A stretch of DNA of 64,000 nt from Hyphococcus sp. (GCF_965267305.1 NZ_OZ253945.1:477055-541054), one strand, 5' to 3'; shown: positions 18,851 through 28,883, counted from the stretch's first letter. Notes: generated by a model not told the origin, from the letters alone. Program-made: numbers and translations.

Positions 18851-19336
18851 TCAATTAAAAAAGAACTCGTTGAGCGCTCTGTTCCATGGCGCGAAAATCC
18901 ATGTGAATGGAATCACGAAGTAACAAATTACAGCAATAGTTATCAAAACCGGGAATGGCGACGTCAGAAACGGGTTTGGATCAGTCACATATTCCGTTGG
19001 AAATACGCTGTCAGCGAGCATATCGCCCAGAAACAGCGACATGAACATAACCGCAGTGGGAATGACGCCGCCGATAAGCCAGTAGATCCATTTGATAAGA
19101 ATGTTCTTCCGCGAAATATAGATTGCGTAGCCCCAGCCTCGCATGAAGCCGAGTCCGAAACCAATAAACGGAACCATCACAGCAAACCAGCTTGCCTCTG
19201 CTGGCAGATTGCTGTCATCGGCGCCCAAATCTTCCAAGAGTATAAGTCCGCCGGCAATTAGCCCGAATGCAGCTGCGACAAACAAGCCCGCAATCAAGGC
19301 TATTTGAAAGAATGGTTTGTCGTCTAGTGACAGCAT
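18851..19336 (-). CDS. hypothetical multi-TM membrane protein encoded on a low-GC islet
   Basis: 161 aa with 4-5 TM helices and aromatic-rich loops. Sampled 60-nt stretches give about 38-55% G+C, against more than 60% in the flanks. It lies 52 nt downstream of korB on the same strand. Confidence 0.6.
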   Translation of the reverse strand: MLSLDDKPFFQIALIAGLFVAAAFGLIAGGLILLEDLGADDSNLPAEASWFAVMVPFIGFGLGFMRGWGYAIYISRKNILIKWIYWLIGGVIPTAVMFMSLFLGDMLADSVFPTEYVTDPNPFLTSPFPVLITIAVICYFVIPFTWIFAPWNRALNEFFFN

Positions 19337-19388
19337 TCATTCAGGCTGACACAATACTTGCCAGCGGTAAATCGCGATGTTGCGGCAG

Positions 19389-20390
19389 TTACGCCTTCTT
19401 CCAGACGCTTCCCTTGCGCAGCGCATCCGCGACTTTGCCGGTCCGCTTGCCTTGCGTCGGGTGATGTTTCCAGAAGGCGTCGTCGAAGCTTTGCGCCGGG
19501 TCGCGATAGATGACGCCGAGCGGCATGGGATAGCCTTGCATGGGCAGATTAATGAGCATCTGCGCAACCGCCTTGCTGGTCTCGTCATGAACGAAGATGT
19601 CTTCGACAGGCGTCGCATTCTCGCCCACATCGACGACTTCGAGAGCCAGAGTCTTCATATTGAGTTTGAGGCCCTTGGCGCCGTTCGCGAACAGCATGGG
19701 CTTGCCATGCTCCACATGGATTTGCGTTTCAGCAGCGGTTTTCTTGGCGACGAAATCCTCGAACCGGTCCTTGTTGTAGACGATGCAGTTTTGGAAGATT
19801 TCGACGAACGCCGCGCCCTTGAATTCCCGCGCGGCTTTCAGGACCGGCGAGAGGTTCTTCGCGTCCGTGTCGATGCCGCGGGCGATGAAGCGCGCGCCGG
19901 CGCCAAGCGCAAAGGCGCATGGGTTCACCGGCGCGTCGATGGAGCCCGTGGGCGTCGAGGGCGAGCGCGTGCCGACGCGTGATGTCGGCGAATATTGGCC
20001 CTTGGTCAGCCCGTAAATCTCGTTGTTGAAGAGCATGATCTGCGTATCGACATTGCGGCGCAGGACATGCAGCAGATGATTGCCGCCGATGGAAAGCCCG
20101 TCGCCGTCGCCGGTGACGAGCCAGACATCGAGCTCAGGGTTCGCAAGCTTCAGTCCCGTGGCAAAGGCCGGCGCGCGCCCGTGGATCGTGTGGAAGCCAT
20201 AGGCGTTCATGTAATAGGGAAAGCGCGAGGAGCAGCCGATGCCGGAGACGAACACCGTCTTGTCGGGATTGGCGCCCACATCGGCGAGGGTTTTCTGTAC
20301 GCATTTCAGGATCGCATAGTCGCCGCAGCCGGGGCACCAGCGCACTTCCTGATCGGTGGCGAAATCTTTGGCGGTGAGGGGAGCGTTCAT
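19389..20390 (-). CDS. korB: 2-oxoglutarate:ferredoxin oxidoreductase beta subunit
   Basis: 333 aa. It has the N-terminal WCPGCGDY cysteine motif and the TPP-binding GDGD..IGGNH motif. Confidence 0.9.
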   Translation of the reverse strand: MNAPLTAKDFATDQEVRWCPGCGDYAILKCVQKTLADVGANPDKTVFVSGIGCSSRFPYYMNAYGFHTIHGRAPAFATGLKLANPELDVWLVTGDGDGLSIGGNHLLHVLRRNVDTQIMLFNNEIYGLTKGQYSPTSRVGTRSPSTPTGSIDAPVNPCAFALGAGARFIARGIDTDAKNLSPVLKAAREFKGAAFVEIFQNCIVYNKDRFEDFVAKKTAAETQIHVEHGKPMLFANGAKGLKLNMKTLALEVVDVGENATPVEDIFVHDETSKAVAQMLINLPMQGYPMPLGVIYRDPAQSFDDAFWKHHPTQGKRTGKVADALRKGSVWKKA

Positions 20391-20412
20391 AAGATTACTC
20401 TTTTAGACGTTC

Positions 20413-20859
20413 TTATTGAAATTGCGGCGGGAAGGAGGCGGACCAGTCTTTGCCCGCACACTCGGCGCCGTTCAGATAGTTGACCTTCTCGATGACTTTA
20501 GACGAGACGCTCGTGTCGATGGTCTGCAAGCGGCGCATCTTCGAGCCGCAAAGGGAAAACTCTTTTAATTCGCTCCAGCCGTAAGAGACGACGGACGCGG
20601 AGAAGTCGGCGCTGGCGAAAGGCTCCAGATCGAGGAGGCGTTCTTCGTTGCTCTTGCCTTCGATCAGAAAAACGCTGACGCCGAAATAAAGCTGCGTCGG
20701 TTCAACCGAGCCTGTCTCGCGCCAGACAAAGACGCCGTAATTGGCGTCTGCGTCCGGCTGGACCACATCCACCAGCACGCGCACGGGTTTTTTCTCGCCG
20801 CAGGCGGCGAGCGCGGCGAGGGGGAGGAGCGCTAGCGCTATATTTCGTATGGCGCTCAT
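20413..20859 (-). CDS. hypothetical lipoprotein
   Basis: 148 aa. The signal peptide has the lipobox LAALAAC. The start overlaps the upstream stop as ATGA. No domain recognised. Confidence 0.6.
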   Translation of the reverse strand: MSAIRNIALALLPLAALAACGEKKPVRVLVDVVQPDADANYGVFVWRETGSVEPTQLYFGVSVFLIEGKSNEERLLDLEPFASADFSASVVSYGWSELKEFSLCGSKMRRLQTIDTSVSSKVIEKVNYLNGAECAGKDWSASFPPQFQ

Positions 20860-21299
20860 TGGACGGCCATCCGGTTGATGTCGTTAAGCTGGCCCATGAT
20901 CCGGCTGCGTTCGGAACGGGCCAGCGCGCGCACGAACTGTCCGGCGCCCGCCGCGGCGTCCGCATAGAGGTCGTCATCGTCAATGGCGGCGTTGCACTGA
21001 TAGCCGCCATCGGAGAATTCAAGCGCGACCGCATTCGCTGACCAGGCGGCGTCGGTCGCGCGCCATTCGCCCGCATCGGCTTGCAATGACTGGATGAGCT
21101 TTCTTACATCGTTGGTCCAGTAAAGCGCCCTATCGGACCCGAAGAGAAAATTGCGATAGGCGGCGTTCTGGCTGCTCGACTGAATGACGAATTCGGTCTC
21201 GTCGGAGAAATCATGATCGAGACAGGTTTGCGCGAAAGTCGGGCTCATCGCCGCCATGGATAGAACTGAGATGGAAATGAGAGCGCCCCGCGAAACCAT
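20856..21299 (-). CDS. hypothetical exported protein
   Basis: 147 aa from the ATG at 21299, which lies 2 nt after the korA stop. The Sec signal is MVSRGALISISVLSMAAMSPTFAQ. The upstream part of the listed ORF overlaps korA. Confidence 0.55.
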   Translation of the reverse strand: MVSRGALISISVLSMAAMSPTFAQTCLDHDFSDETEFVIQSSSQNAAYRNFLFGSDRALYWTNDVRKLIQSLQADAGEWRATDAAWSANAVALEFSDGGYQCNAAIDDDDLYADAAAGAGQFVRALARSERSRIMGQLNDINRMAVQ

Positions 21300-21301
21300 A
21301 G

Positions 21302-23182
21302 CTATTCCGCCGCCTGTTGTGCGCCGGGATAGTTCTCGCGGATGGCGTTCAGGACTTCCACGATCTTGAAGGGCTGGCCGGAGACTTTGTTGAGCTGCAC
21401 AACATCGAGGCCGAGCTTGTCGCGCAGCAACGTGGCGCACTGGCCGAAATTCATTTCCGGCACGAGGACGCGGTCATAATCCGCGAGGAGCCGGCCGAGA
21501 TTTTTCGGCAGCGGGTTGAGCCAGCGCAGGTGAATCTGCGCCACGTCGAGCCCTTGCTCGCGGGCTTGCTGCACCGCGCGCCAGATCGCGCCATGGGTCG
21601 AGCCCCAGCCGACGACAACGAGCGGGCCTTTGGTGTTTCCCTGCTCCACGACCTGATCGGCAATGAAGTCGGCGACTTTTGCGACTTTTTGCGCGCGCAA
21701 CTCGCCCATGGCCTGGTGGTTCTTGGCGTCATAGGAGATGTCGCCGGTTTCGATGTCCTTTTCGAGCCCGCCGATGCGGTGCGCGAGACCTTCCATGCCC
21801 GGCGCAACCCACGGGCGGCCGAGGCTCGACGCGTCGCGGTCCCAGATCGCTTTTTTGAGGTCGACAGGATCGTCCGCGGGTTTCGGCGCCGCGTTGGACA
21901 GGATCGGTTCGTAATCCGCCATGTCGGGCAGCTCCCACGGGCCGGCGGCATTGGCGATATAGCCGTCGGTCAGGAGGAACACCGGCGTCATGTGGCGGAT
22001 GGCGACGCGCGTCGCCTCGATCGCCGCATCGAAACAGTCGCCGGGGCCAGCCGCTGCAATCACGGGAAGCGGCGCGTCGGCGTTTCGTCCGTAGACGGCT
22101 TGATAGAGATCGGATTGTTCGGTCTTGGTGGGCAGACCGGTCGACGGCCCGCCGCGCTGGGAATTGACGATGACGAGCGGCAGCTCCGTCGCCATGGCGA
22201 GGCCGATGGCTTCGGTCTTGAGCGCGATGCCCGGGCCCGACGACGAGGTGACGCCGATGGCGCCCCCGTAGGATGCGCCGATGGCCGCGCAGCAAGCCGC
22301 GATTTCGTCTTCCGCCTGGAAGGTCGCGACGCCAAGATCGCCCATGCGCGACAAATGATGCAGGATCGAGGACGCCGGCGTGATAGGATAGCCGCAGAAA
22401 ACGATCTGCCGGTCCGCGAGTTCGCCCGCCGCCGCAAGGCCCAATGAAATCGCTTCGGCGCCGGTGATGGAGCGGTATTCGCCTTTCTCCATGGGCGCTT
22501 CGCCGATGACGAATTGCGGGATCTCTGCGGAAAGCTCCGCTGTCTCCGCATAGGCGTGGCCGGCGTCGAGGGCGGCGAGGTTGCCCGCGAGAATCTCAGG
22601 CGGCTTTTTCGCGAATTTCTTCTGCGCCCATTGGACAATTGGATCGCGGTCGCGCCCAAACATCCACAGGATCGCGCCCAGCGCCCAGAAGTTCTTGCAT
22701 TGCTCGGCGTCGGATTTCGATAGCCCGTGCGGCTTCACCGCTTCGAGGGTCTGCGTCGAAATCGCGATCTCGATCACCTGAAAATCGTCAAGCTCGCCAG
22801 TTTTGCGCGGATCGGCCGCTATATGCGCCTTGGCGAAATTCCGGTCGTTGAAAGCGTCCGTGTTGAGGACGATCAGCGCGCCTTTTTGCAGAAGCGGGAG
22901 GTTCACCTTGAGCGCCGCCGGATTGAGCGCAACGAGGACGTCCGGCTGGTCGCCCGCGGTCGAAATGCGGCGCGCGCCGAGATTGATCTGGAACGCCGAG
23001 ACGCCAAAGGTCGTGCCCACGGGCGCGCGGATTTCCGCCGGGAAGTCGGGGAAGGTCGAAAAGTCGGCCCCGGCGAGCGCCGTCGACTCGGCGAACTGCG
23101 AGCCTAAAAGCTGCACCCCGTCGCCCGAATCGCCTGCAAACCGCACGACAACTGAACTGTTTTCAGGCGTAATCTTGGCCAT
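21302..23182 (-). CDS. korA: 2-oxoglutarate:ferredoxin oxidoreductase alpha subunit (fused alpha/gamma type)
   Basis: About 626 aa from ATG 23182 (MAKITPENSSVVVRFAGDSGDGVQLLG...). It contains GYPITPAS and PSTGLPTKTEQSDL motifs. Confidence 0.9.
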   Translation of the reverse strand: MAKITPENSSVVVRFAGDSGDGVQLLGSQFAESTALAGADFSTFPDFPAEIRAPVGTTFGVSAFQINLGARRISTAGDQPDVLVALNPAALKVNLPLLQKGALIVLNTDAFNDRNFAKAHIAADPRKTGELDDFQVIEIAISTQTLEAVKPHGLSKSDAEQCKNFWALGAILWMFGRDRDPIVQWAQKKFAKKPPEILAGNLAALDAGHAYAETAELSAEIPQFVIGEAPMEKGEYRSITGAEAISLGLAAAGELADRQIVFCGYPITPASSILHHLSRMGDLGVATFQAEDEIAACCAAIGASYGGAIGVTSSSGPGIALKTEAIGLAMATELPLVIVNSQRGGPSTGLPTKTEQSDLYQAVYGRNADAPLPVIAAAGPGDCFDAAIEATRVAIRHMTPVFLLTDGYIANAAGPWELPDMADYEPILSNAAPKPADDPVDLKKAIWDRDASSLGRPWVAPGMEGLAHRIGGLEKDIETGDISYDAKNHQAMGELRAQKVAKVADFIADQVVEQGNTKGPLVVVGWGSTHGAIWRAVQQAREQGLDVAQIHLRWLNPLPKNLGRLLADYDRVLVPEMNFGQCATLLRDKLGLDVVQLNKVSGQPFKIVEVLNAIRENYPGAQQAAE

Positions 23183-23442
23183 ATCCCGGAACCCGTTAGA
23201 CGGCTGGTCCGCCAGCATGGCGAAACGGCCTATAAAAACAAGCGCGAAAGCCGCCTTTCCGGGGCGGCCTGACGCGCGTTCTGGAGCCCCATATCTCAAC
23301 CTCCGGAGGGGAAAACAAGTCCTTTCTGACACGCCCTCGCGCCATGGTGATGGTTTTCCCGCCGCGCCATTAGTTGCGTTGAAGTCCTTGATAGAAAAAG
23401 CAAATAAACGGGCCTAGATTGAGGCGCCGAGGAGGGGGATTC

Positions 23443-24771
23443 ATGACGTCACAGGACCAGTCGCTGACCGGGCCGGCGCCCGCCGCCGCGCGCATAGAGG
23501 CGCTCGATGCGCTGCGCGGTTTTGCGGTGCTCGGCATCTTTGTCATCAACATCATCGGCTTTTCGATGCCGGAGATCGCCTTTTCCAACCCGACCGTCGC
23601 AGGCGGTGACGGCGCGCTCAATTACGGGCTCTGGAGTTTCACCACGGTGTTTGTGGAAGGCTCCATGCGCGGGCTCTTCTCGCTGATGTTCGGCGCCGGG
23701 GTGATCCTCTTTACGGCGCGCGCCCTCTATCCCGACGGGCCAATCCGCATCGCCGACCTTTATTACCGGCGCACGCTCTGGCTGCTTGTGTTCGGCGTCT
23801 TCCATGCGCTGGCCCTGTTGATGCCCGGCGATGTTTTGCAGATCTATGGACTGGCGGGGCTTGCGCTTTTCCCTTTTCGTATCTTGAAGCCGCGTAAGCT
23901 CATTTTTCTGGCGGGCGTCTTTCTCGCCGGTCTCACTCTGCTCACCTATCTCGACGAGGCGCCGCAGACGGAGCTCGGCCGCAAGGCGGCGGCGATCGAA
24001 GCCAAAACTGGAGAGCTTTCCGACGAAGATGAGGCCGTGCTTGAGGAATGGCGCGAAAACCTCGCTTATAATGACCCGCCTGAAGAGGAGATTGAAGACC
24101 AGATCGCGGCGCGGACGGGCGATATCTCCACGGTCTACGCCAGCAACGCGGAAGTCGTCGCCGCCTATAGCGGCGTCAGCGATATCTTATGGTGGACCGC
24201 CGACGCCTTCATGATGATGCTGATCGGCATGGCTTTCTATCAGTGGCGCATCATCACCGGCGAACGCAGTACGATGTTCTATCTCTTTCTCGCCGGCGCC
24301 GGTTACGCCATAGGGCTTTCTTTGCGCATCCTCGCCGTCACGCAGCGCTGGGAGGCGGATTTCTCACCGATCCTCTGGGCCTGGGCGACATTCGAACAGA
24401 CGGCGCGCGTCGCAACGACGATCGGCCATATCGGCATGTTCTTTCTTCTCTGGAAAGCGTTCTCGCGCGCCTTGCCGTTCCGGGCGCTCGCCGCGGCGGG
24501 CCGCATGGCGCTCAGCAATTACATTGGCCAGACAATCATCGCCAATCTGATCTTCAGCGGCGTCGGGCTTGGGCTCTATGGATCGCTCGACCGGGCGAAC
24601 GTCTATCTCATCATGGTCGTCATCTGGATCGCGCAGCTTGCGTTTTCCTTATGGTGGCTGGCCCGCTTCCGCTTCGGGCCGCTCGAATGGGTCTGGCGCT
24701 GCCTCACCTACTGGCGGGCGCAGCCCTTCAGAAAGACCGCGGCGCCTGCTGACAAGGGAATCGCGGTCTAG
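23443..24771 (+). CDS. DUF418 (YeiB-like) membrane protein
   Basis: The sequence is multi-TM. The conserved C-terminus is MALSNYIGQTII...RFGPLEWVWRCLTY. GGAGGGGG precedes the ATG at 23443. Confidence 0.75.
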   Translation: MTSQDQSLTGPAPAAARIEALDALRGFAVLGIFVINIIGFSMPEIAFSNPTVAGGDGALNYGLWSFTTVFVEGSMRGLFSLMFGAGVILFTARALYPDGPIRIADLYYRRTLWLLVFGVFHALALLMPGDVLQIYGLAGLALFPFRILKPRKLIFLAGVFLAGLTLLTYLDEAPQTELGRKAAAIEAKTGELSDEDEAVLEEWRENLAYNDPPEEEIEDQIAARTGDISTVYASNAEVVAAYSGVSDILWWTADAFMMMLIGMAFYQWRIITGERSTMFYLFLAGAGYAIGLSLRILAVTQRWEADFSPILWAWATFEQTARVATTIGHIGMFFLLWKAFSRALPFRALAAAGRMALSNYIGQTIIANLIFSGVGLGLYGSLDRANVYLIMVVIWIAQLAFSLWWLARFRFGPLEWVWRCLTYWRAQPFRKTAAPADKGIAV

Positions 24772-24819
24772 TAGACCTCGCCCTCGAATTTGGCTGCATA
24801 TTGGAAGGAACGCCGTCCC

Positions 24820-25473
24820 ATGAAGTTTTTCGTCGACACCGCTGAAATCAGCGACATCAAGGCCCTCCTGCCTACAGGGCTTGTGGACGGGGTCACCACC
24901 AATCCGAGCCTAATCATGAAGTCGGGCCGCGACATCCGCGAAGTCACGGCGGAGATATGCGCGCTGGTTCCAGGCCCCGTCAGCGCCGAGGTGACGGCGC
25001 TTGAATCCGACGCGATGATCAAGGAGGGCAAGTCGCTCGCCAAGATCGCCGACAATGTCGTCGTGAAGCTGCCGCTGACCTTCGACGGGCTTATCGCCTG
25101 CAAGGCGCTCACTTCGGAAGCGATCAAGACCAATGTCACGCTTTGTTTCTCGGCGAACCAGGCGCTGCTCGCGGCGAAGGCGGGCGCGAGCTTCATCTCG
25201 CCCTTCATCGGCCGCCTCGACGACATCAATATCGACGGCATGGAGCTGATCCGCGACATTCGCGTCATTTACGACAATTACGATTTCAGGACGGAAATCC
25301 TGGCGGCGTCGATCCGCTCGGCGAACCATGTGAAAGATTCAGCGCTCGCCGGCGCCGATGTGGCGACCGTCCCGCCTGCAGTTTTGAAATCACTGGTCAA
25401 TCATCCGCTGACGGATAAAGGTCTCAAAGCATTTCTCGATGACTGGGCGAAAACCGGACAGAAAATTCTTTAA
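24820..25473 (+). CDS. tal: transaldolase / fructose-6-phosphate aldolase (type 3B, ~217 aa)
   Basis: It contains [13 protein letters not shown]...GVTTNPSL...VKLP...[10 protein letters not shown], including the Schiff-base Lys context. Confidence 0.9.
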   Translation: MKFFVDTAEISDIKALLPTGLVDGVTTNPSLIMKSGRDIREVTAEICALVPGPVSAEVTALESDAMIKEGKSLAKIADNVVVKLPLTFDGLIACKALTSEAIKTNVTLCFSANQALLAAKAGASFISPFIGRLDDINIDGMELIRDIRVIYDNYDFRTEILAASIRSANHVKDSALAGADVATVPPAVLKSLVNHPLTDKGLKAFLDDWAKTGQKIL

Positions 25474-25479
25474 CACAGC

Positions 25480-26493
25480 ATGGAAGCGCTCGATACCGAC
25501 AGGCTGGAAATATTCGTCCCAACCCACCCGGCCCTGTTGCACGGTCATGGCGTCACCAACACGGTGGGCAAGCCGCTCTCATGGGAGGAGATCCAGAAGC
25601 CCGGTTTTGAGACGGCGTATGATTTCGTGTGGCTGCATTTCGATGTGAATGAGCCCGAGACGGTCGCCTGGATCGAACGGCAGGGCGATATTCCTCTCGA
25701 GGCGCAGCGCGGACTTCTCGCCGACGAAACAAGGCCGCAGACGAGCCAGTTCGAGAACGGCGTCTTCGTCAATCTGCGCGGCGTCAATCTCAATGAAGGC
25801 GCGGAGGCCGAAGACATGGTCTCGATCCGCATCTGGTGCGATGCGCGACGCGTCGTTACGACGCGCCGGCGTCTGTTGAAGTCCATACAGGACGTGCGCC
25901 TGACCGTGCGCAATGAGGGCGGCCCCGCCAATACCGGCCAGCTCGTCGCGCTCATCGCCCAGCGCCTGACCCTGCGCGTCGAGCCATATATCGACATCAT
26001 TGCAGAGAAAATCGACGACCTTGAAGACGCTATTCTCACGGGCGCAAGCGAGAACTGCCGGTCGAGACTCGCCGAGGTCCGTCACGACGCAGTTCTGCTC
26101 CGCCGCTTCATGGCGCCGCAGCGCGACGCTCTGAACAATCTGGCGCAGCATCAGGGCAGTCTTTTCGATACGCGCTCCCAGATCGATCTGCGCGAAGTCG
26201 CGGGCGACGTCACCCGGATGACCGAAGACATCGACGCCGCGCGCGAGCGGGCTATGGTGCTGCAGGATCAGCTCACCGATCAGCGGGCCGAGGAAATGAA
26301 CCGCAACATGATGGTCCTTTCCGTCGTTGCGGCGATCTTCCTGCCGCTCGGATTTCTGACCGGCCTTTTTGGCATCAATGTGGGCGGCATGCCGGGCGTC
26401 GACAGCACGGCGGCCTTCTGGATCGTTGTCGCCGTCTGCCTCGCCATCGGCGGCGGCTTGCTTGTCTATTTCAAGGTGAAGAATTGGCTATGA
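25480..26493 (+). CDS. zntB: CorA-superfamily zinc transporter ZntB
   Basis: 337 aa. The C-terminus FLPLGFLTGLFGINVGGMPG carries the GxN signature followed by a final TM helix, and closely resembles ZntB. Confidence 0.75.
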   Translation: MEALDTDRLEIFVPTHPALLHGHGVTNTVGKPLSWEEIQKPGFETAYDFVWLHFDVNEPETVAWIERQGDIPLEAQRGLLADETRPQTSQFENGVFVNLRGVNLNEGAEAEDMVSIRIWCDARRVVTTRRRLLKSIQDVRLTVRNEGGPANTGQLVALIAQRLTLRVEPYIDIIAEKIDDLEDAILTGASENCRSRLAEVRHDAVLLRRFMAPQRDALNNLAQHQGSLFDTRSQIDLREVAGDVTRMTEDIDAARERAMVLQDQLTDQRAEEMNRNMMVLSVVAAIFLPLGFLTGLFGINVGGMPGVDSTAAFWIVVAVCLAIGGGLLVYFKVKNWL

Positions 26494-28883
26494 AATTTCT
26501 TCGGATCGGGCTGGCGGCGCTGGTCTTATGTTGCGCGGCGGTTCTTTCGGCGGCGGCGCAGACGGACCGCACCCGCGAGATCGAAAGGGCGGCGGCGGCG
26601 ATCGCGGAGATTCGGACCGCTATTGCGGAAGGCGACGTCGAAGAGCCTTCTGTCTACGAACAGCGCCTGCGCGAATTGCGGACCGCGGGACGGCAAAGGC
26701 TGTCTGCGATCGAGCGAGAGCTTGAAGCGGTGCGGGCGCAGATCGATCTTCTCGGCCCTGCGCCGGGCGAAACCGATCCGCCGGAGAGCGATCTTGTCGC
26801 TGGCGAGCGCGAACAGCTTGAAAGCCAGCGGGCGCGTCTTACCGGCGAGCGAACGCGGGTTCTCGCCAATATCTATGAAGCCAATGATTTGCTGGCGCGA
26901 CTTTCCGGCGCGCAGGTAGGCGCGCTTTACCGGATGCTGACCAAAAGGGAGGCGTCTCCCGTTTTTCCCAGTCAGATCAGCGCCGCCTGGAGCTCTGCGA
27001 GCGAGGTCGCCGGCCGGGTTGGCCGCTATTTTTCGTCCTGGGGCGAAACGCGCCGCGGCGAAGGCGCCTATGGCCGCTCCATTGCGATCGTCTTCGGCGC
27101 GCTCATCCTGTCGCTGATGATCTTCGGGCCGGTGAGCCGCTGGATCGCCGGAACCTTTTCAGCAGCTCTTGAAAAGCGCAAGCCGACGCCTGCGCGCCGC
27201 GTTGTCGTCGCCGGACTGAAAATGGCGGCGCGGACTGCGCCCGGCGTCATTGGCGGTCTCATCATCATCGAAACCTTGCGGGCGCAGGGGATTTTAACGC
27301 CGGCGGGCGAAGCGGCGGCGCGCGCTTTCTGGGTCGGGGTCCTCTCGATCCTGATTGTGTCGGGCTTCACCGCCGGTTTTTTCGCGCCGTCCTTGCCGGC
27401 CTGGCGCATTGCGCCCATCGACGCCGGGCGCGGCCGCTCGGTCAGCCGGCTGGCGCTCGCCATCGTGGTTTTCTTTTCTCTCGACGCCTTGCTTTCCGCA
27501 ATCGGCGTTGCGGCGCGCGCCGATGCGGCGCTGTTGCAGCTCATCGATGCGTCAGCTGCGGTCGCCATTGGCGTCTGTCTTTTTCTTCTGTCCCGCAGCC
27601 GGCTATGGCGCATCGAAGACGCCAAGACCGGGGGCGGCTGGCGGTTTCTGAGACGCGCCGGACGAGGGGTTGCGATCATCATCGTCGTGGCGGCGGTCGC
27701 GGGTTATGTGCCGCTGGCGAATTTCATCGCCACGCGGGTCGTCTATCTTGCGCTCTTCATAGGACTCGCCTGGCTCTTGCGCGCGATCCTAGCGGAATCG
27801 GCGCTCGCCATTCGCAATCGTCTCTCGGCTGAACAAGACAGCGCAGACGAAACGGAGTCGGCGAATTACCGCTTCTGGTCGCGCCTGCTCATCAACACGC
27901 TTCTCGTGATTGCGCTGGCGCCGGCCGTCCTCGTCCTGTTCGGCGTTCCCGGCGCCATGGTGCGCGATCTCTCGGCGCAGGCGCTGTTCGGTTTCAATAT
28001 TGGCGGCGTCCACATTCCATCGGTCGCAAAGCTGCTGGCTGCGGTCATCGTGTTTGTCGTCATCATGGGCGCGACAACGCTGATCCAGCGCGCCATTCAG
28101 CGCGGGCCGCTCGCCCATTCCCGCGCCGATGTCGGGGTGCAGAACTCGCTCATCACGCTGCTGGGTTATGCCGGGCTTATCATTGCGCTTTTCGCGTCGA
28201 TTTCCTCGCTCGGCTTCGATCTCGGCAATCTTGCGCTGATCGCCGGCGCCTTGTCGGTCGGCATCGGTTTCGGGCTTCAGTCCATCGTCAACAATTTCGT
28301 CTCCGGCCTCATCCTCCTGTTCGAGCGTCCCATCAAAGTCGGGGACTGGATCGTCACTGCGTCAGGCGAGGGGACAGTGAAACGGATCAGCGTGCGCTCC
28401 ACGGAAATCGAAACCTTCGACCGCTCGTCGATCATCGTGCCGAACTCGGAACTGATTTCCTCGACCGTGACCAACTGGACCCATAAGGACCGCATCGGCC
28501 GCATCATTGTTCCTGTGGGCGTTTCTTATGGCTCAGATCCGGAACTGGTGAAGAACATCCTGATGAAATGCGCCCACGATCATCCGTTGATAGTTTCCTA
28601 TCCCGAGCCTTTCGTCACATGGATGGATTTCGGCGCCTCATCGCTCGATTTTGAAATCCGCGCTTTTCTCGCCGACATCTCGAAAGGCCTGACGGTGCGC
28701 ACCGAATTGCGCTTTGCGATTTTCAAGGCCTTCAAGGAAGCGGGCATAGAAATCCCGTTCCCGCAGCAGGATGTCTATATCAAGTCCATGCCGGGCGGAG
28801 ATAAGTCCTTCGCTGCCGAGGAGAAAAAACCGGCAGCAGCGAAAGCGCAGGCCCTGCCGCCGGAAACAGACTTGGAACTATAG
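26490..28883 (+). CDS. MscK/KefA-like mechanosensitive channel with a long periplasmic coiled-coil N-terminus
   Basis: About 797 aa. It has a signal peptide, a coiled-coil region and many TM helices. The MscS core is FERPIKVGDWI...GEGTVKRISVRSTEIETFD. The ATG at 26490 overlaps the zntB stop as ATGA. Confidence 0.85.
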   Translation: MKFLRIGLAALVLCCAAVLSAAAQTDRTREIERAAAAIAEIRTAIAEGDVEEPSVYEQRLRELRTAGRQRLSAIERELEAVRAQIDLLGPAPGETDPPESDLVAGEREQLESQRARLTGERTRVLANIYEANDLLARLSGAQVGALYRMLTKREASPVFPSQISAAWSSASEVAGRVGRYFSSWGETRRGEGAYGRSIAIVFGALILSLMIFGPVSRWIAGTFSAALEKRKPTPARRVVVAGLKMAARTAPGVIGGLIIIETLRAQGILTPAGEAAARAFWVGVLSILIVSGFTAGFFAPSLPAWRIAPIDAGRGRSVSRLALAIVVFFSLDALLSAIGVAARADAALLQLIDASAAVAIGVCLFLLSRSRLWRIEDAKTGGGWRFLRRAGRGVAIIIVVAAVAGYVPLANFIATRVVYLALFIGLAWLLRAILAESALAIRNRLSAEQDSADETESANYRFWSRLLINTLLVIALAPAVLVLFGVPGAMVRDLSAQALFGFNIGGVHIPSVAKLLAAVIVFVVIMGATTLIQRAIQRGPLAHSRADVGVQNSLITLLGYAGLIIALFASISSLGFDLGNLALIAGALSVGIGFGLQSIVNNFVSGLILLFERPIKVGDWIVTASGEGTVKRISVRSTEIETFDRSSIIVPNSELISSTVTNWTHKDRIGRIIVPVGVSYGSDPELVKNILMKCAHDHPLIVSYPEPFVTWMDFGASSLDFEIRAFLADISKGLTVRTELRFAIFKAFKEAGIEIPFPQQDVYIKSMPGGDKSFAAEEKKPAAAKAQALPPETDLEL

